Assembly (NCBI GenBank): GCA_943359455.1
Contig: CALRHL010000003.1
Coordinates: forward strand, 1 to 59,257
Reading direction: 5' to 3'
DNA: 59,257 nucleotides
Origin: Candidatus Uhrbacteria bacterium RIFOXYB12_FULL_58_10
GTDB taxonomy: Bacteria > Patescibacteriota > Patescibacteriia > UBA9934 > GWF2-40-263
The notes under the pieces are model-generated. The model did no database searches. It saw nothing but the letters and a program-made list of their open reading frames with translations, and was not told the origin of the DNA. A program made the position numbers and the translations under genes. Shown one piece after another: positions 55,108 to 59,257 of this stretch (position 1 is its first letter; each line of letters starts with the position of its first letter).

Positions 55108-57255
55108 TTATTCTAAAAATAATCTTGCAAGACGTAATTCGTCGTAAGAAAAATCATCGCCAAGAATCAATTTTACTGGAGTGAGTGTGCGAGTGTTTGC
55201 TTTTTGAAATGCGGTCGTGATTTTTTGAAAGCGTTCTGCATTAGGTTTCAGATGATCGAGATTGAGAGTGGGATGTTCGTCAACGAGAGCAACGACATGT
55301 TGAATGATCGTTCCTTCCGTAACATTTCTCATTCGTGCCATGGTGGCAAGAGAAAGTTTTTGTTCAATTAGATCTTTTGTTTTGAGATACGTTGATCCAG
55401 CTTTGAGGGCTGATCCAGATCGTTGACGAACGGGTGCTTGGTCGTGAGGCTGTTCTTGAATATTTTTTGCCTGAGTGAACACTCGGATCAACCGAAGAAA
55501 TACGTCCCCATACTGTTCAAGTTTCGTTTCTCCAACACCGAAAATTCTACTCATGGAATCTGTAGATTGCGGGAAATAGTATGCCATTTCTTGTAATGTG
55601 CGATCACCAAAAACAACAAATGGTGGGACATTTTGTTCGTCTGCGAGGGATTTGCGTGTCTGACGGAGAATTTCAAAAAGTTCAGGATTGAACACAAGAC
55701 CCTCACGGGCGGTCGGTACGGATCGGACGGTGATCATCGTCTGTTCTGGTTTCGGAAGCATGATCTGATCTCGATTCGCGAGGGCAGACTTCCCGAGCTG
55801 TGAAACACGCAACGTTGGATACTCCCCAACATTTTTTTCGAGATATCCTTTTTTTTGAAGCGCCCCAATATAATCCCGCAACTGATCTAACGAAACATTC
55901 CGAGCGATTCCATAGACAGACAATGTCTCATGGTGGTTTTGTAAAATGCGTTCCTTTTTTGAACCTCGTAACACGTCCATCACATACACGGCGCCAAACA
56001 TCTCGTTTGTTCTCAATACCGCAGACAATATTTTCTGCGCAATTTCTGTTGCATCATGCATTTCCCGTGGAACAGACACACAGTTGTCACAGCTCGTACA
56101 AACAGACAGGTCCCATTTTTCACCAAAATATTTCAACAAAAATTGTCGTCGACAGGTCGTTGATTCACAATACGAAATGACCTGTGCGAGTTTACGTGTC
56201 GCAAGTTCACGCTCGGCGTCATCTTCGATTTGTTCAATAAAAAACTCCTGCTTACGCCGATCGCCAAATGTATAAAACAATATGCAATCGCTCGGCAATC
56301 CATCACGACCCGCACGACCCGTTTCTTGATAATAGCCTTCAATCGTCTTTGGAAGATCCATGTGCACCACCAATCGCACATCGGGCTTATCGATTCCCAT
56401 TCCAAAAGCAATCGTTGCAACAATAATGGGAACTTCATCTCGAATAAATTTGTCTTGAGTCTGCGTGCGTGTTTCCCTGTCGAGACCTGCGTGATAGGGA
56501 GACGCAGAAAAACCCGCATGGGACAAATCGTCCGCAAGCGACTCGGTGTCTTTACGAGAAAAACAATAGATAATGACCGGTTTATTCTTGTACGGTTGTA
56601 GCACCTGAACAAGTTGACCAAAGGCATTATTTTTAGGACGAATCGCGTAGTGAAGATTTGGTCGATTGAAGCTTGAGAGAAACACCTGTGCGGTTTGAAT
56701 TTCAAGCTGTTTCACAATATCCTCCCTCACTCGAGGAGTCGCGGTTGCGGTGAGCGCCATGACGGGGACAGAGGGAAATGATCGTCGTAGATCTTTCAGA
56801 TTGCGATAATCTGGACGGAAATCATGTCCCCATTCAGAAATACAATGCGCTTCATCAATCGCAATAAACGAAACTTTTAATTGAGAGAGCAATAATTGAA
56901 ATCCGTCCGATGCCAGACGTTCCGGAGCGAGATAGAGAATTTTGAGTTGTCCAGAAAGAGCGCGACGCTCAACGGTATCCATCTCATCTGCATCGAGAGT
57001 ACTGTTAAGAAAAGCTGCCGACACCCCGTTTGCCACAAGCGAATCGACCTGATCTTTCATGAGGGCAATGAGTGGCGAAATAACGATCGTGATTCCATCA
57101 AACATCAGGGCGGGTAATTGAAAGCAGAGGGATTTTCCTCCTCCGGTCGGCATCAACACCAAGGTATCTCGTCCATCAAGAACGGAACGAATAATATCCT
57201 CTTGAAGAGGACGAAACGTATCGTATCCAAAATGTGTCTTGAGAAGATGTTGCAT
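55108..57255 (-). CDS. recQ: ATP-dependent DNA helicase RecQ
   Basis: 715 aa with the Walker A motif PTGGGKS, the DEAH box IDEAHC, a RecQ zinc-binding Cys cluster (CRRQ..C..CDNC) and an HRDC-like region. Confidence 0.9.
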   Translation of the reverse strand: MQHLLKTHFGYDTFRPLQEDIIRSVLDGRDTLVLMPTGGGKSLCFQLPALMFDGITIVISPLIALMKDQVDSLVANGVSAAFLNSTLDADEMDTVERRALSGQLKILYLAPERLASDGFQLLLSQLKVSFIAIDEAHCISEWGHDFRPDYRNLKDLRRSFPSVPVMALTATATPRVREDIVKQLEIQTAQVFLSSFNRPNLHYAIRPKNNAFGQLVQVLQPYKNKPVIIYCFSRKDTESLADDLSHAGFSASPYHAGLDRETRTQTQDKFIRDEVPIIVATIAFGMGIDKPDVRLVVHMDLPKTIEGYYQETGRAGRDGLPSDCILFYTFGDRRKQEFFIEQIEDDAERELATRKLAQVISYCESTTCRRQFLLKYFGEKWDLSVCTSCDNCVSVPREMHDATEIAQKILSAVLRTNEMFGAVYVMDVLRGSKKERILQNHHETLSVYGIARNVSLDQLRDYIGALQKKGYLEKNVGEYPTLRVSQLGKSALANRDQIMLPKPEQTMITVRSVPTAREGLVFNPELFEILRQTRKSLADEQNVPPFVVFGDRTLQEMAYYFPQSTDSMSRIFGVGETKLEQYGDVFLRLIRVFTQAKNIQEQPHDQAPVRQRSGSALKAGSTYLKTKDLIEQKLSLATMARMRNVTEGTIIQHVVALVDEHPTLNLDHLKPNAERFQKITTAFQKANTRTLTPVKLILGDDFSYDELRLARLFLE

Positions 57256-58709
57256 TACGAAATGATACCAAGATCAAGTGTTTCTGTGAACGAAATTTTG
57301 GCGACAAATTCTGGGGCATGGGAAACAACGATCATGCAGCCTTGATAGTTGTTGAGTGCTTCAGCAATGATAGGGAGATGGCGGAAGTTAATATGGTTTG
57401 TTGGCTCGTCGAGAATCAACAGTCCAGGTTCTTGCAGAACAAAGCGAGCGAAACAGAGTAATCCTTTTTGCCCTTCTGACAACGATCCGATTTGATTGCG
57501 CAAAAGATCACCTGTCAGCAAAAAGTGTGCGGCAACAGCACGAAGCTTCTCATTGTCAGGTACTTCCATTATGGACTCGAGAGATGTGTACACCGTCTGA
57601 CCAAAATCAAGACCAGAAAAATCCTGTCGGTAGTATCCAACTTTCACATCTCGTGCGATGACAGCACCCTCATCTGCCTCAGAAGCAAGTGATCGTAACA
57701 GAGTACTTTTTCCGATTCCATTCGGACCAGAAATCAACAGTTTTTGCTGTTTGCGTAACTTAATCGAAACTTCTTTGCGTACTGGCTCATGGTCTTTAAT
57801 AACCTTCACCGACGAAATCGTCACGATAGGCTCTGAAAACGGCTGTGCAGGAATCGTAAAATCTCGAATGGTTCGATCGTCACGCTTCACCTCAACCATA
57901 TTCTCTTCTGCTTCCGCAACTTGATCACGCAACTTCGCCGCAAGGGCACGCATCTTTCCACCCTTGTGAGAAAAGAAGTTGATTTTGTCTTTTCGATCCT
58001 GAATCTCTTTCAACAACTGCGCATTTTTCGCACGATCCCGTTCCACACGCGCCGCGATTTCCTCCACCACGTTAAAATAGTTGCCTTCATATCGATCCAC
58101 TTTTCCCGTGTACACATCCAGATGCAAAACACCTTCCGTAAACGCGTTCAAAAAATCTGCATCGTGTGAAATAACCAGCACGGTTTTTGCATAGCACATG
58201 AGAAAACCTGTGAGATGTTCAATCCCAGCGGTATCGAGATTATTCGTCGGCTCATCGAGAAGCAATATGTCTGGATCTTGAATGAGCGCATAAGCAAGCA
58301 ACAGCCGAGCTTGCTGACCACCAGAAAAATCTTTGATTTTTTTATCAAGAACGGTCGTCATGTTCACAATCTCAAGCACATCCGCAATCCTAGCCGGAAG
58401 ATTATGCATTTTTTCTCCAAATACACGAGCAAAAAATTCCGAAACTGTGTCTTCCATGCGATCCTTCGGCATCACCTGTGTCCCAATCGCAATCCGCGCC
58501 CCTTGCTTCAAATGAATGTTCCCTTTGTCTGGTTTGAGTTCCCCAGTGAGCAACTTAAAAATAGTACTCTTCCCCGCCCCATTTTGCCCCATCACCGTAA
58601 TCTTCGCATCCTCTCGAACCGAAAAATCCGCCTCCCGAAGAATCGGGTTCTCCTTGTCATACCCAAACGACAATTTCTCAAATCGAATGATAACATTACC
58701 ATGATCCAT
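57255..58709 (-). CDS. ABC-F family ATPase (two ABC cassettes, no TM domain)
   Basis: 484 aa. Walker A motifs are GQNGAGKST and GPNGIGKST, and signature motifs are FSGGQQARL and LSEGQKGLL. Confidence 0.85.
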   Translation of the reverse strand: MDHGNVIIRFEKLSFGYDKENPILREADFSVREDAKITVMGQNGAGKSTIFKLLTGELKPDKGNIHLKQGARIAIGTQVMPKDRMEDTVSEFFARVFGEKMHNLPARIADVLEIVNMTTVLDKKIKDFSGGQQARLLLAYALIQDPDILLLDEPTNNLDTAGIEHLTGFLMCYAKTVLVISHDADFLNAFTEGVLHLDVYTGKVDRYEGNYFNVVEEIAARVERDRAKNAQLLKEIQDRKDKINFFSHKGGKMRALAAKLRDQVAEAEENMVEVKRDDRTIRDFTIPAQPFSEPIVTISSVKVIKDHEPVRKEVSIKLRKQQKLLISGPNGIGKSTLLRSLASEADEGAVIARDVKVGYYRQDFSGLDFGQTVYTSLESIMEVPDNEKLRAVAAHFLLTGDLLRNQIGSLSEGQKGLLCFARFVLQEPGLLILDEPTNHINFRHLPIIAEALNNYQGCMIVVSHAPEFVAKISFTETLDLGIIS

Positions 58710-58803
58710 ATAGCCCGAGGATAATACTCATAATTCTGATCTTTGACAAGACAGAGCCTATCAAAAAAACGCGCCGTTCCTACAAAACGAGCGCGATGAG
58801 ATG

Positions 58804-59025
58804 TTACATCATTGTTTTGAACGCTGGATGATTCCAATCAATCGTCACAGACCGTTGAAGATGAACGGCACTCAATGCGCATTCAAGTCGATCGGTTGGG
58901 ATACCACGTTTCTTGTAGACAACAATATGGTCGACAAGCACAACCGCAAGTTCCTCTGTTGTCTTCGTGCGAAGAATCGCCTGACCTGTGAGTTCGAACA
59001 CGGTGGGGTCGTACAGTAAAATCAA
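58804..59025 (-). CDS. small hypothetical protein
   Basis: A 73-aa ORF with no motif. An overlapping plus-strand ORF of similar size makes the call weak. Confidence 0.3.
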   Translation of the reverse strand: MILLYDPTVFELTGQAILRTKTTEELAVVLVDHIVVYKKRGIPTDRLECALSAVHLQRSVTIDWNHPAFKTMM

Positions 59026-59102
59026 GATTGTAACAAGAGTTTGTCCTCTGTTTGACAGAGGAATTTTTTATGTTATACTTTAATAAACTTTAATAACTTT
59101 TT

Positions 59103-59257
59103 ATGTCAACCCAAGCAACCGTTCTCTCTATTTCACTCCCTACGACAATGACACGTGCAATCGATCGCATTGCTAAATCAACCGACCAAAATCGAAGTGA
59201 GCTCGTTCGTCATGCATTGCGTGATTACATTTTGGATCTTGAAGAAGACCGAAAAAG
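59103..59257 (+). CDS. CopG/ribbon-helix-helix protein (5' part, runs off the window)
   Basis: My own translation gives MSTQATVLSISLPTTMTRAIDRIAKSTDQNRSELVRHALRDYILDLEEDRK. It resembles the RHH antitoxin at 44396-44632. Confidence 0.6.
   Translation, partial: MSTQATVLSISLPTTMTRAIDRIAKSTDQNRSELVRHALRDYILDLEEDRK

Overview
By eye this looks like a chromosomal segment from a small-genome, CPR/Patescibacteria-like bacterium. That placement is an inference from an intron-rich 23S gene, no 16S next to the 23S-5S unit, many small accessory genes and AT-rich palindromic spacers. The housekeeping backbone holds cca, ileS, rpiB, rpe, a split transketolase, class II aldolase, two PfkB kinases, rlmH, recQ, an ABC-F ATPase and four tRNAs.

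The centre of the window is a minus-strand 23S-5S rRNA unit (about 28691-35430). Its 23S gene is interrupted by four group-I-like introns, each carrying a LAGLIDADG homing-endonuclease ORF.

Directly upstream lies the most interesting system, a diversity-generating retroelement (DGR, 36006-38431). It has a 351-aa target gene with a C-terminal variable repeat (VR), a 119-bp template repeat (TR) with adenine-biased mismatches, and an Avd-like four-helix-bundle gene. It also has a reverse-transcriptase gene that appears internally deleted and frameshifted, so the DGR may be decaying or dependent on an RT supplied in trans.

Other notable items:
- a 66-bp palindromic element inserted in frame in ileS;
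- a second four-helix-bundle gene nested in the loop of a hairpin that also occurs as an empty copy elsewhere;
- toxin-antitoxin, NYN and DUF4349-like genes wedged between the two transketolase subunit genes;
- a visibly GC-rich island (about 44.7-49.2 kb) carrying pyrimidine and lysine biosynthesis genes;
- a 165-nt imperfect hairpin in the predicted rRNA leader;
- a 21-bp in-frame tandem repeat.

All calls come from reading the sequence and the ORF track. No searches or computations were run, and the E. coli numbering of intron sites is from memory.
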